Part shown: positions 1 to 15,859 of the stretch, piece after piece
How positions within the stretch are numbered: the first letter of the stretch is position 1
How the letters are laid out: each line of letters begins with the position of its first letter
Assembly: GCF_009914755.1 (NCBI RefSeq)
Contig: NC_060931.1
DNA length: 64,000 bases
Origin: the human T2T-CHM13v2.0 reference genome, Homo sapiens
Strand: one strand, 5' to 3'
Program-made: the position numbers and the translations under genes
Notes under the pieces: generated by a model
What the model saw: only the letters and a program-made list of their open reading frames with translations
What the model was told of the DNA's origin: nothing
Databases searched by the model: none

Positions 1-298
1 ACAAAGGAAAAGGAGTTTAGCTTTTTAGGGGAAGCAAACTTGGAAAAGGTAAATATATGGGGAAAACAAATAGAGTAAGATTTTTGGGGATAGGTCCATC
101 GTGGTGTCGAATTTCCATCTTCTTCCTGCCTGTGAAACTTGCCCTCAGAGGGCATAGATCGAAGTCCTCACTTCTCTGAAGTGTCTTCTTTTAGGCAGAG
201 AAGAGAAGCTCTGGGAAAGTTTATTTTTGCCTTTGTTGAATCTCAATTGCTTTCAGCAAAACAGCATATTTCAGGATGGCATATTTTGATCGCCTACA
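1..298 (-). mobile_element. MER34/MER39-group ERV1 LTR, partial (cut by window edge)
   Basis: Minus strand begins TGTAGGCGATCAAAATATGCCATCCTGAAATATGC, like the MER34 5' end; visibly homologous to 27770-28095. Confidence 0.7.
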
Positions 299-3200
299 AA
301 TGTAATAGATATAGAATGGCTTCTGGAGTAGGGTATCTGTGTTTGAATATCAGAAAAGTCCCTTTCTAGTGTGAGGCTTTTCTGTGACTTAATTTCTTTA
401 TCTGCTTTGAAGGTTTTTGTGAAGAATTGATGCATTAATGTGTTACATAGTTAAATAGCTACTGGCACATAATAAACCCTGTAAAACTAGTAGAAGTTAA
501 TTTTCCTGTTCTATCATATTTTAATCACTTCAATTTACTTTTTAACTTAAATTTTAGTATTTTCACATTTTTTTCTTCTGATTAAGACTCTCATTTTCTA
601 ATATGTTTTCTTAAATATTTTATTGGGAAAATTTAGTTTGTAAAATTTTTGCATTGCCATATTCAGACAAAGATATAAACGCTCATCAAACACAATTTAC
701 AGTTCTTTTAAAAATATTTTTTAAATTAAATTTACTAGTTTTAATCGTATACTTTTCACATATTCATTGTTAGGTTTTCAACAGAGCTTTTCAACTCATT
801 TTTATAAATATTTTTGTCTACCTTCCTAAAAGCCACATATGAAATTGCATTTGAATGTGTTTATGTGAACTGTTTATATTTATATATATTTTCCAAGGAC
901 ACCTCCATGGCTTTTATGGACTTATTGAGACAAACTTCAAATTTCTGAATATTTTATTTCAAGTATTTTATATTACACTTTCTCCTATGAAATCTCAGAG
1001 TAGGCTGTGTTTTACAATAGAAACAGCTCTGTGTTCTCTCTGATGCTATTGCCTTGAATTCAATTTGGCTGAAAACAAATAAATCAACCAAGAAACAAAG
1101 CAACAAAAACTCTGATATGATTTTCCTGTGCCTAGTAAAGTTTGCCATGTCAAAGTGCAGAAATTTCACATTAATATATAATTTACATGCTAAATTTTAA
1201 AGAAAAAACAAGTTTCCTTTCTTATCCCCTCAGAAAAGGTGACAGAATGAACCATAAACTTAAAAAGGGCAGCCTTAGTGAATGTGCAGGCCCACAGGCA
1301 TGTGTGTGTGTGTGTGATATTTAGTATTAAATATTTCTGAGATGCTGCTTCCATTATCTTTTAGACTTAAACTTTAGTTCCATGAGTTCTTCAGTTTAGC
1401 CCTGTTTGTGGAGTCTCTGAGACACATATCTTTCTTCATTGCTGCTCTTCAATCTCCGTTGATTGATAGTTACTGATTGTTTCCTAGGGAATAGAAGGCA
1501 GCCCCAAGAGAGAAATGCACTCATGGCTTAAATTCTTATATCACATCATCATGACCAGTGTCTTCTTTGATTGATTGGATGCCTAGGCAAATGAAGCAGC
1601 AATTGACCTCAACACACTGCAATTTCAATGATGCGGCGCCCCTCTCTAGACTAATTTTTCTTTAAAATAAAGTGCCTGCTACAACATTTTCATGATTACA
1701 AAACATTATTCTAATTATACAAAATATCCTTGTTGTCACAAGCCTTATCCCCATAACTTAGTAGCGTGCATCACACAAAAGAAAGGAATTTAATATCTAA
1801 AATGCATTCACACTTTTTACCCATTCCTCAGACTTTGTCATAATGTATACTTGATAAAACCAATGTGGATATATGATAACTATCTCTTCATACAGCTATG
1901 CCATTCCGTACAAACGGGATCATATCTTGCTTTCAGCAAAATTTTTTGAAAGTATTTTAACTGTTTTAGAGGAATCTTTATGCTTCATTCAGACTTCTTA
2001 CACTTCAGATATTTTATTATTTCTGAGAGTGAAGCCCAGTAGAAGATGAGATTCTGAGGCTCCTTCACTGAACTCTTCCAGCATTTGTTTGTTAGGTTGT
2101 TTTTATACAATAGTCCTGCGGCTCTCTAAGAGGTGAGTGAGCTGGGCAGGTATGACAATGTTCTTGCCTTTTGCTTATGTGATGGTGGAACTCTCCCAAG
2201 GAAGTTCCTAGGCTGTGGAGTATTCAGAGGCCCCAAAGAGGAGGAATGCTCAGCCCTACCAGTCGAACACTTTGCATTTGTATTCTATTGCCTTTTCCCA
2301 TTCTGGCTTGAAAGGTTATTATTAAATGTGCAAAGTGTAGTGCAAGGGGTAAATGATTCAAAATTTGAGAGAGGCTTTTTATTCTGTGTTGGTTCTCTAT
2401 GCAATCAAGCAAATCAGAGTCCCAGGTGCAACCTTGATGCTGCTTCAAGATCCCATGGCAGTGTGTCCTCAAATGGGCACAGTTTTCTGAGGGAGGTTTG
2501 GCGTGCCTGCTCCATCAAATCTGAATGCAGAAATCTTGGCAGGAAATCTCAGTGGAGTCCACCTTTTTCTATCCTTTCAATAATGAGAGGTACATTCTTC
2601 CTCCCTCAGAAATTTCATAAGTAAAATACAGAAGCACACAGTTGAGAACGGACAGGCCCATGTTATATGATAAAGAGTCAGTTCAAACAAGTGTACATTT
2701 AACGGCCTTGGGTAGAAATGGTTTAATTTTTGCCTGCTGATAATGGTTTGGATGTTTACATTTAAAAATTAGACTATATATTAGGACAGCTAAGTTTATT
2801 GTGTGATCTCTGAACCGAGCCACCTTGTATCGGGAACTTTGCCACATTCTTCATATATAAAAATTAATTTGTAAAATCTCAACATTGTGCATCTGGCTAT
2901 AATTGCAATGTTATTCTGTGGTTTGTTTCCAAATTTGCCTTACCAAGTAATTAGAAAGAACCTTGGAAGGATACTTAACAGTAGTCACTGTCCAATTTGT
3001 TCACCAATCATCTCTTATGTAATTTTATAGGACATCACCCACAATGTTCCCTTACTAAATCCAAGGAAGTTTACTTCATTTTATCTTTTTCTTAAGTCAG
3101 ACTAACAAATTTTATTGCAGAAATATTGAATCTTCTTTTCTAATGATAAAAAAGCTTTAAGATTGTTCAGTTCATGTCTTAAACTGCTGATGTTAATGAT

Positions 3201-3989
3201 AGCACATTATACAAAGATTATCTTTAAATCAGTATTGTTCATTAGACACAGAATTTATTCTACTCCACAGCAGAGACTGTCAAATGGGACACACCTTCCA
3301 TGATTTAATAGCAAATTTGGATCTTGCTGTTATTTAAAAAAGACTTTTCAATGCACTTAAAAAAATAGATGTTTAATTGAGGAAGTATTATTTGAAACAT
3401 TTAGCACTACAGGCATTACTATGATGGTAGTGCATATTTATTCCAAGCTCTACATTTTCAATTAATTCCCTCAGAGTGGATTTCCTGTTTCATAGCATGT
3501 ATTTCATAGCAAAATTGGATACTCCTTTGCATTATTCCCATAGTATCATTAATAAAATGGTTACGTCAATCATGTTTCTTTAAGGCAAGTGGTTTTAAAA
3601 TGTTCAGAAACAATTCCTCACTCACAGGAAGGACTTCTTTTTAAAACCATCATATTTGTTAGAACAATGTTTCACAGCATTCGTTACAGTTTTTTGTGGC
3701 AGGAGAAAATTATATGAAATAAGATACAAGTTAGTCTGTAAAACTGTATTTCATAATATGTTAGATGTCTTTTTCATATTATGTAATATTATCATGGGAG
3801 TTTTGAGCCATGAAACAGAGAATGATATAAACAAGAGTGGCACAATTATTAGACTAGAAGAATCACAGGCATGTGAAAATCAGATCATTGGATAATTTCA
3901 AAGAAAAATAATTATGATGAGAGAATTTCTTGTATCACTCAAGCTTTCATAATAAATTTTAAAAAAACAGAAAACTAAAGACTTTTATA

Positions 3990-5800
<1,811 letters not shown>

Positions 5801-5955
5801 TAACAATATTCATACATTACTTATGCTTTTTTCTAAATTATTGTCTAAGCTCGTGTTTATGTTTTCTTTTTTTAACAAGAAACTCTTTAAGTATGTAAAA
5901 AACGATCTTTGATTTTACAGCCTTGATCTAGTTATGTCTTGAGCTGTAAAATTCC

Positions 5956-6477
5956 TCTGTTAGTCAGGGTTCTTCAGATAAACACAACTAACAGTATAGA
6001 TAGGTAGATATTAATAGATTAGCTAGATAGATAGATAGACAGATAGATTTAAATGGATTTATTATAAGAAATTGGCTTATGCAATTATGGAGGCTGAGAA
6101 GTACCACCATCTGCCATCTGCAAGTTGGAGAGAGAAGTGGAGTGGCTCCTGTCTGAGTCTACAGGTCTGAGAACCAGGAGCACCAATGGTGTAAGTTCCA
6201 GTTCAAGGACAGGAGAAGTCTGATACCCCAGCTTAAATAGTCATGCAGCAAGAGAGAGAATTGTCCCTTCCTCCTGCTTTTTGTTCTATTCGAGCTCTCA
6301 ACAAATTGGGTGAAGCTCACCCACACTGGGGAGGGCAATCTGGTTTCTTCAGTTTATGGATTCATGTGCTAGTCTCTTCTAGAAACACTTTCACAGACTC
6401 ACCCAAAAATAATGTGTAATCAAATATCTGGGCATCCACTGACCCATTCAAGTTGACAAATAAAACTAACCATAACA
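5956..6477 (-). mobile_element. MLT2B-like ERVL solo LTR with internal (GATA)n
   Basis: 'ttagtcagggttcttcaga', 'ttatggaggctgagaag', terminal 'agttgacaaataaaactaaccataaca'. Confidence 0.9.
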
Positions 6478-7345
6478 ATTTCCATGTTTTTATTGTTGAG
6501 AGTCTCTATAGGCATTAGTAATAATTTAACTTCAAATTGGCTGTGTGTTTTTCTTTCAATTACAAATGAATCCTATCTAACCATCTACTTGAAGTTTGGT
6601 ATTTTTTATAAAGTAATGGCCTTCAATCACATTTGGACAGTCAGCATGCCTGACAAAATTTGTTTATGTCCCTAGATCAATTCCTATTCCTCTCCCACTG
6701 TTATTGCCAATTTTATTTTCATATCATAGCTTCTTCATATTTCATCATTTTGATATCTAAAGGGATATGGCTGTTATGTGATAGGTTACTGTCTATGGGA
6801 TTGGAACATTTAGGCTGCATAGTGATTTTTTAAAAAATAAAAACATACCTGAAGTAGTTTACTTTAGCTACTCTAAATTTCACTTGCTTTACCTAAAAAA
6901 TGAGCTTAAAACAGTGGACACATGCCTTCCACGCTAAGCAAACTGCCAGTTAGGCCGCGTATTTGCTGTCAGGATCAGAAGTTGAGATTACTTTTTAACT
7001 ATTTAAAATATATTTTGATCTTATAGTTCATAATTTGGTTTATAAATAAGCAGTTAAAATAGTCTACTATAAAAACAAACCAAAAACCAAAAACTGCTAT
7101 CAACAACAACCCTTCAGGCCAAAAGTGTAACAAAGCTACCAACCAGCTCCCAGCTACCAGTCTCCACAAAGAGGACAAAGAACTTTTCCTTAGGCCCTCA
7201 TCAATTCTTTATTTTAAAGTATGTTAATTACTGTGTCAGGAATCCTAGGTTTTTGCTCCTTTTTCTATTATATTTATTTTTCTTTGAGCCATGGGTGAAT
7301 CTTTGTATTTTAAAAGTAAGGTTCTGGTCAAATACAAATAATGGC

Positions 7346-7782
7346 TCTATTGGTTTTCTAGGGCCACTGTGACAAAGTAGTATTTGGTGAACTTGGTGAC
7401 TTGACACAGCACATATTCATTCTGTCACAATTCTGAAGACCAGAAGTTTGGAACGAAGGTGGAAGCAGGTCCATACTCTCTGAAGGCTTGCTAGAGAATC
7501 CTTCCTTCCTCTTCCAGTGTCTGGGGACTCCAGGAATTCCTTGGTTTGTGGCAGCATTACTCCAACCTCTGCCCCCATTTTCACACATTCTCCTCTGTGT
7601 CTGTGTCCTTTCCTTGTCCTATAAAGATATTTGTAGCTGAATTTAGGGTCTATTCAGATAGTGAAGAATGACCTTACTTGGTATCCTTAATTATATCTGC
7701 AAAGACCCTTTTTCCAAATAAGGTGATGATCACAAATTCTGTGTACACATGTCTGCTGGAAGTCACCATCCAACCCACTACA
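7346..7782 (-). mobile_element. MLT1B/C-like MaLR solo LTR
   Basis: 'ccttggtttgtggcagcattactccaacctctgcc', 'atctgcaaagaccctttttccaaataagg', ends 'caacccactaca'. Confidence 0.85.
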
Positions 7783-9061
7783 TTAGCTAAGGGAAAAAAA
7801 AAAGTTAATTTCAACATAATACATGCAAAGTTTCATATACTTAATAAAGCCACCCAAAGCCACACTCATGTCATATACTGTAGTAGAGATATGGAGGGAG
7901 GCAGAGAGAAGGAGGGTATGTGTTGTGAAGCAACACTCAATGTTGTTTTTCTTATTTTAAACCAAAGCAAGACTGTTTCAGTTTGAAATTGCATTTGCTT
8001 TGAGCAAAATGGCACTAACTTTGGATATATTTCAACCATGTGAGCTTGGTTAGAAAATAGAAAGTGTGCCACAAATTCCAGGAAAATCTAAATCCTTCTA
8101 CCACATCTTATTGTGCCAAATCTTTAAATAGTAAGAACTTTTTAAAATTGGAAACAATAAGAAAAGAGACAACCACTCTGAATTATTTTTGGATTTTTTA
8201 AATGATTAGTTTATCAAATATAAACTTATATTCTTTATGTATATATGTATATAGATATTCCTTAAAATTACAGTATCACTTGAATTTCACAATTAATCCT
8301 GGAACTAAGTTTTAAATTTTAAAGACATACAGTAACACTTTGATTATTATACCTCATGTGCAGAGGCATATACAACTTTCTAGGAGTTCACTCTGTGTAA
8401 AATGTATTTGTAATTTGTGTAGATATGTCAGGAGAAAGTTGTTTTTGGGGGGAACCAGGAATTCCTGACTCTAAAACTCAATCTGTAAAAATGGCACTCA
8501 GGGTTTTAAAGCCCCTAAAGGTGAGAGGTGATTGTTGCAATCCCCATTCATACTAATCACCTTTAAGTTCCTCCCTGCTTTATCCCAGAACTCTTCCAAA
8601 TACTTGGTATAATTAAAATTACAAGGGAGTCATTGTTTGGAGTTCCTTCAACATCAGATTAGATATTGGTTTGTTTAATTATTGAGGTCTACTTATCAGT
8701 AGAGGCTGCAGTCAAACACAGCCTTTTCCATAAGTGGTCCTGCAAATACTCTGCTTCTTCTGCCCACATTCTTCTTTTTCCCAGGCCAAATATACCCCCA
8801 TCCTTCATTATCCAGGATGTTTGTTTCTAAATATATTCCAGGTTAATATTCTCTTTATATAATACTGTTGAAAACAGAAAAGTAAACTCTGGGCTGGAGA
8901 ATTGCAATTACCTATGTAATTCTAAATTTGAATTATTTGTTTACACTTTTGCCAATGGCAGTAGCTATTTAGTCCTATTATTCTGCTGATTCATATTTTT
9001 CTTACTGCCAATTACCTCTTTTATAATTTCTTTCTGCAAGTTTTATTGTTATGTGACCTCT

Positions 9062-9425
9062 TGTCTTAACCTGTTCCTGGCTATAGCAAAACATTGTAGA
9101 CTAGAAAATATGTTAACATCAGAAAAATATTTCTCAAAGCTCTGGAGGCTTGGAAATCCAAGATCAAGGGGCAGGCAGATTTGATGCCTGGTGAGGGATC
9201 TCTGCATCCAGGATAGTAGCTTGTTCTACTTCCTCACATGGTGGAATGCAGAAGGACAAAAGGAAAGAAGAGTACCCTGGAACCTCTTTTATAAGACCAT
9301 TAATCACATTCATGAGGGCTCCACCCTCATGACTTAATCACCTCCTAAAGACCCCACCTCTTAATATTATCACATTGTAATTAAGTTTTATGAATTTTAG
9401 GGGATCACATACATAAAACATAGCA
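9062..9425 (-). mobile_element. MLT1A/MST-like MaLR solo LTR
   Basis: 'tctggaggcttggaaatccaagatcaagg', 'catgagggctccaccctcatgacttaatcacctcctaaag', ends 'catagca'. Confidence 0.85.
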
Positions 9426-11409
9426 CTTCCTCATTTTGTTCTTGTATGCTTATTTTTATGTTCATCTATTGTACAATTTGTATTTTCTTGATAGATTTAC
9501 TCTAATATTCTTGCTCTTTGAAATTTTATGAATTTCTCATTCCATCATGACAAATGTGGAATCTTCTGTATATCTTCAAATGGCGAACATAGTTTTTAAG
9601 CATAAATTGTACATCTTAATCCAGTTCATTTTTTTTAATGCTTAAGAAGGCAGGGTTGAAGACGAAGTTCTCTTCTATTACAAAACTGATCAGTAACTTT
9701 AAGTTTAAGCATTTCAATTAGTTACTAACTCCCCTAAATCAACCAGCGGCAAGCCCATATTTATTCATCTTTCCCATCAAGATATCATTTTATACTGTAT
9801 TCTAAACATACTGTTATACACATCAATTTTTTTTAGCAGACCAGCAACATTATCAGATAAAAAAACAAGTTTAGTGCTACCTAAGTTTTTCTTAGTGAAC
9901 CAGAATCCATTTTAGGAGAGATATAACACCCCTTTAATAATGTATAGATTATTTGGCCATTCTCAATGCCAAGTTAATGGGCTTGTAGTTTTTACAGTAG
10001 AACTACTCATAATTGGAAACCCATTGCCTTTCACTTCTGATAACTGAAACACCGTTGCCAGCTTTTAAAATATTTCCTACCTCTTTTTCCTATTTGATAT
10101 CAATCTCAAAAAATGACATAGTATTTCAATGGTATCATTTTAATTTTTAAAAATTTATATGGACCAGAATATTTGAAGATGTGATCTTAGATTATTTCAC
10201 ACAATTCTTTTGCCTTCAATTCCCTATTGGTTTCACTCTTTAAAAGCACATGATTACTTGCAGGAATAATAGCCTTTTGGCTGAGAAGAGGAAAGTAAAA
10301 TAAAGGAGGGTGATTTTGCCCTCTTTATTGAAACATAGCTCCAAGTGTCTTCTTTATCAGCAAAGTGGTTAAATTATGTTGACCGTATATGACTGGAAAT
10401 CACTAATTATTTTATATGAGGCACCTCAATGTTAACTAGAATATTTAAACCACTAGAATATTTTATTTTTCTTCTCTTCAATAAATGGTCATTTCCTGTA
10501 ATAGAGCCTGGGTTTATTATAAAAATCCACATGACTTATGAAACTCAGTTTTACACATTTATTAATAGAGAATGCTTGTTCCTACTATTAAAGATCATAA
10601 ATTACTATTAAATTTATGTTCCCTCAGGGGCACTGGATAGCAACAAGGTAAAAAGGAAAGCAGTAATTGATCACACAAAAATGGATAAAGAGAACACTCA
10701 CTGTGTCTGAGGAAAACACCACACAGTTCTTGGTCCGTGGAGGCAGAACAGGTTACTATTAGTTTGGGAGTGTAACATCTTATAGCAAAAAAATTCATAT
10801 TGTGCTTTTCCCATTGAGATCAGGTTGTCAAGTTACTTTTCATTCTTACTAAATGTATGCTAAATGCAGCTTTATACATTTTAATTTTGAAGAATTTTCA
10901 CCATGCAGACATAGAAAGAAATGCTAGAACTTCTTAAAGATCAAAAGCAAGCCAGCATTCCTACATAGGAGAAATGCAACAGCAATACTGTCAGAGGTAT
11001 ATTATTATATCTTTTTCAAAAGTAAAATAATTTACATTGAATTTCGCAGGTACAAAAACTTAGATTGTGAAATACAAAATACTTTATAGCATAAATAGAT
11101 GTGAGATCTAGTGTTAATCATTAGGGGAAGATATGCCCAAAAGATTAGGAAGCACATTTTCATGTGCCTTATTTCTTATAGTGCTTGATATAGAGCAGTG
11201 ACTGTCATAGTTCACATTTTATAAGGAAGAGTTACTTTATGAAAATCTGTAATTTTTTTCAACTGTAAGAGTAACTGCTATACATTACAGAACATTTGAA
11301 GGCCAAACATTAAAAAATGGCATCAGAAATTAGGAACAATCATACTCATTTGCTTATTTTGAAGGAAAAACACCCCTGTTAGAAGATCTTTTCTTCCTCT
11401 TTTCATATT

Positions 11410-11770
11410 TGTCTTAGTCTGTTTTGTGCTACTATAGCAGAATAGCAGAGGCTGGGTAACTTATAGAAACATAAATGTATTGGCTTATAGATCTGGAGGC
11501 TGAGAAGTTCAAGATCAAGGGGCTTACATCTCACAAGGACCATCTTGCTGTGTATTCTCATAGCAGGAGGGCAGACAGAGGACATGAGAGAGGCAAAAGA
11601 GGCGGAACTTACCCTTTTATAATGAACCCACTCCCAAGATGAGAGTATTAATCCATTCTCTCTGCCTTCATGGCCTACTCACCGCTTATTGGGCCCCACT
11701 TCCTAACATGGTTGCACTGGGTATTAAGTTTGCAGCACATTTTTGTGGGGGACACATGGAAATCATAGCA
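11410..11770 (-). mobile_element. MSTC/MSTD-like MaLR solo LTR
   Basis: TGTCTTAGTC...ATCATAGCA termini; perfect 5 bp TSD ATATT on both sides. Confidence 0.9.
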
Positions 11771-12044
11771 ATATTTAAAATATTTGCCTTTAGTCTTCTT
11801 ATAAATGAAGGGCTTAAGTCATTTGAATACTGTATAACAATTACTCCTGAATATTGGGGAGGACTCAGGTGACTGACCTTGATGATAAGGAGGCTAAGAA
11901 GATCCAAGAACATCTGAAAACCTGTGGTACTGACCCTGTGTGCACTGGGTGGGCTGCACCTACTTGTAGTGTCCTCACAGCTTCTCATGCTATTAAAACT
12001 GACAAGGATTTTTAAATAATAAAAAATCGAGCTCCCATATAATC

Positions 12045-12298
12045 TTTTTTTTATAAGACCAGGTCTCACTTTGTCTCCCAGGCTGGAGTGCAGTGGTGCG
12101 ATTACAGCCTCAGCCTCCCTGGTCTCAGGTGATCTTCCCACCTCAGCCTCCCCAGTAGCTGGGACTACAGGTGCACACCACCATGCCTGGCTAATTTTTC
12201 TGTTTTTTTTTGTAGAGATGGGATTTTGTCATCTTGCCCAGTCTGGTCTCAGATTCCTGGGCTCAAGCAATCCACCTGCCTTGGCCTCCCAAAGTGCT
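12045..12298 (-). mobile_element. 5'-truncated AluJ
   Basis: AluJ-type 'gggctcaagcaatcc'; TSD GCTCC(CA/TG)TATAAT at 12031-12043 and 12296-12308. Confidence 0.9.
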
Positions 12299-12319
12299 CC
12301 TGTATAATATTTTATTAGA

Positions 12320-13725
12320 TTATTATTTAAATTTATTTTAATTAACACACAACAAATTAATTCCTTTTGGTCCTCAAAAATACAGAGTTATAAAACTTCT
12401 ACAATGTGAAAGCACAGAAAAATTTCATCACTCTCCAAAAAAAAACTCTCTTGTGCTATTTTTTTTTTCAAATACCTCCTTCCTCACCCCTGGCAACTTT
12501 ATCACTATACTTTTGCCATTTTTCAGGCTGTCATATAATGGAGTCACTTGTTACGTAGGCTTTTGAGTGTGTGCATCTTTCACTCAGCACAATTCATTTG
12601 AGGTGAATCCAAGTTATTGCCTGTTCCTTGTTATGGTTGAGTGATATTCCGTGGTATGGTTGTACCACAGTTTGTTTATTCATTTTTCCACTGAAGAATG
12701 TTTGCGGTGTTTCTGGTTTTGGTCAATTATGCATAGAGCTGTTATAAATACTTATTATAGATTTTTTCATAAATGTAAGTTTTATTTCTTTTTTGGGGAA
12801 ATATTAAGAAGTGGGATTGCTGGGTTATATGTTAAGTATGTACTTAACTTTGTAAAAACAATTACCTAAATATTTTCCAAAGTGGCTGTAGCATTTTTGC
12901 ATTTCCACTAGAAATGCATGAGATTTTCAGGTGCTGCACACCCTTGTCTGCACTTGGTTTTATCAGTATTTTTTATTTTTGCCACCTTAGGAAATGTGTA
13001 GTGGTGTGTGATTGTGGTTCTATTTGTATCATAATGGCTAATGATGTTAAGCATCTTTGCCTGTGCTTATTTGCCATCTGTATATCTTCTTTGGTGAGGT
13101 GTCTATTCAAATATTTTCCCCATTTTTCTGATTGCCTCCTTATTAATCTTTGGAAGTTCTTTAAATATTATGGCTATAATCCTTGCATGCAGTGTTATTT
13201 TCACATATTTTCTCTCAGTCTTTGGCTTGTCATTTGTCTTAGTAGTGTCTTTCACGGAGCAAAAGGTTGTTTGCAGTTATTTTTTTGATTCGCAAATGTC
13301 TAATTTAGCATTTTTTTCTTTATGAATTGGGGCTTGGAGTAGCAGCTTACAGCTGTTAGGACAACCTAAGCAATCAAAGACTTTTTTTCCTGTTTCTAGT
13401 CACAATTTTGTGACTAGAAAGTTTGTTGCATGTTGTATTTAGGTCAATAATTTATTTTGAGTGACTTGTATGAAGTGTGAGACATAGACTGATGTTTATT
13501 CTTCTACATTGGATGCCTGGTTTCTTCAGCAGTAGTTGTTCAAAGAACTATCCTTCCCAATTCACTTGGTTCCTTTGTCAAAAATCAATTAACCATATTG
13601 GTGTGAGTCTATTTTTGGACTCTCTATTCCGTTGAACTATGTATTTGTTCAGTTACCGATATCCCAGTGTGTTAATTATCGAAGCCTTCTACTATGTCCT
13701 GAAATCAGGTGGTCTGAGTCCTCTA
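12320..13725 (-). mobile_element. Old L1 (L1MC/MD/ME-like) 3' region
   Basis: 'gtaccacagtttgtttattcatt', 'gtgggattgctggg', 'ttttccaaagtggctgta', 'ctttgtcaaaaatcaattaaccata'. Confidence 0.8.
13393..13420. repeat. Perfect 13 bp-arm inverted repeat (2 nt spacer)
   Basis: TTTCTAGTCACAA-TT-TTGTGACTAGAAA. Confidence 0.95.
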
Positions 13726-14496
13726 ACTCAGGTAACATTTAGAGTTAGTGCTCAGACAAAATAAACATTGGATACCTATGAAACATTAAAGTTCATGTTG
13801 TGGGAAGCATTTTTCTCTCTTCCTCTTTCTCTCTCTCTCTCTTTTATTTTGTTAGAATAACAGGATGTTTTCTATTTCCTACATCTCAAATTTACCTATA
13901 ATAAAATACAAAAGTTATAATTACTTTTTAGAAATATACTTCAGCTTTTCAACATAAATTTAAAATTTGTTTTATTAATTATCATCATTTAAGAAAGCCC
14001 ATTTCACCACAAGCTATACAAAAACAGAATTTTTGGATTATGTTAATTTGGTGAGAAAAATAAAATATACTTTGTAGTTTTCAGGAATTATATTTATTTA
14101 GTCACAAACAAAGCCCAGCTTTTCATTTTAACCTTTAGTCATATTTTAATATGTAAATGATTTGCTTAATAGATCTTTGGCATAATTTTTCAAGTGTTAT
14201 CCTTTCATCTAATTTTATAAATTGTTAATATGCTACATATACTTTTGTATAGTGTTGGCATTTCTCTCTTTAATTTTCAATATAATAATAATTATTTTCA
14301 GAAATATTATATTTTATTTTAAAAATTTGCATAAGTAATGCAAAATTACAAAAATTATTGAAGAAAAAATAGAAATTAAAGAAAAAAATAGTAATTGAAG
14401 AAAAATAGATACTATCACCTGGAAATCTAACTAGACACAATTACCAATAATATTTCACTAATAATGTTTCCAGTTATTTTCTTGCACAGGTTTACT

Positions 14497-14545
14497 CACA
14501 CACACACCTATATATATATATACACACACACACACACGCACACAA
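14497..14545. repeat. Compound (CA)n/(TA)n microsatellite
   Basis: Directly visible. Confidence 0.9.
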
Positions 14546-15859
14546 ACATGCTTGAAACCATATAAAATATAAACAGACATATGTGTCATTTTAACCTGAT
14601 ATTTTCAAAAACAACGTATTTAGAAAATACCTTTATGTCAGAAAATACTAGTTTGTATCATTTTAGTTGATTACTTACTAGACTATGTGTAATCATTTAA
14701 AATTGCATTGTAGTCAATAATTTTGGTTCTGTTGTTGATTTACAAATAACGATTGATGTCTTAATATATTATCATCTGAGAATTAAATGCTATCCTATTA
14801 TTTCTACTTGTATTCTATTATTATTAACATCAATTTCATTTTCCTTGTTTGTTATCTATTTTTCATTTTCAATTTTGAATCAATACTTATAACTTGTCAT
14901 TTGTCTATTGGGTTGTCAGTTTTTTGCTTGTGATTTGTAAATGCTCTTTTCTTACATTTCTACTTTTACTTGTCATACGTAATGAAAAATTTTAGATTGA
15001 ATTTTAAATTATGCTTATTTAATTTTATATATTATTTATCCTGTTCATTATTCATATAAAATTAATGATTATTTTATTTTTATTCTTTAACTTGTAGCTT
15101 GTTTTCAATGTAAATCTCATTTATTTTTATTATTATTTTGTTGCTTAAATTTGAAAACTCCTCTAAACACAGTTTAGACATTAAACATATAGTTATTGCA
15201 CTATAATATTGCTAGTATTATATATAGTTGCTTTTTCGATTTTCCCTTTCATCAAAAGGTTACCTAGAAGATATTTTTCTTATTCTGCTTATGGATATTT
15301 TGTAATTCCTTTGCCATTTGCAGAAAAGATTTCCCAGCTTCTTGAATATCTTCTTTTGTTCTTCTGTATAGAAATGTATATTTTAATGTAATCAATTCTC
15401 CTGATATTTATTTCTCTCTAAAAGTGTTATGCTTTATGTTTCATCAACTTTAATATTCCATACTGACCCATACTGACCTTCCCCTTTCCAGAAGCTTAGA
15501 GCCATCTCTCAGTAGACATATATTTATTGTTTCTCCTCCTACTATTCCTTTTCTTCCTTTTTCTCCTCTTCCTTCTTCCTTACTGCAAATAAATTAAGCA
15601 AAAAGGTATTTAATGCAGAGAATTAGAGGCTTAAAAATCAATGGACATGCTAAAAAGAGAAGTCTCTAGACTGAGACTGCAGAAATGAATCATAATGAGA
15701 TTCACAAACTGGTCCACCAGGAATTTCACCACCCCTGTTAAGAACGAGAAGGTAGAGAATCATGAAGCCACTCTGCATAATTGATTGCATTGACAAAAAT
15801 TTACCATAGCTGGGATCTAGGGATCAGGAGGCAATAACCTCTTGACACTTTAAACGTTA

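Noticed and set aside
2133-2624. 163 aa ORF
   Set aside because: Its GTG start is a splice-donor-like GTGAGT; no recognisable homology or coding composition.
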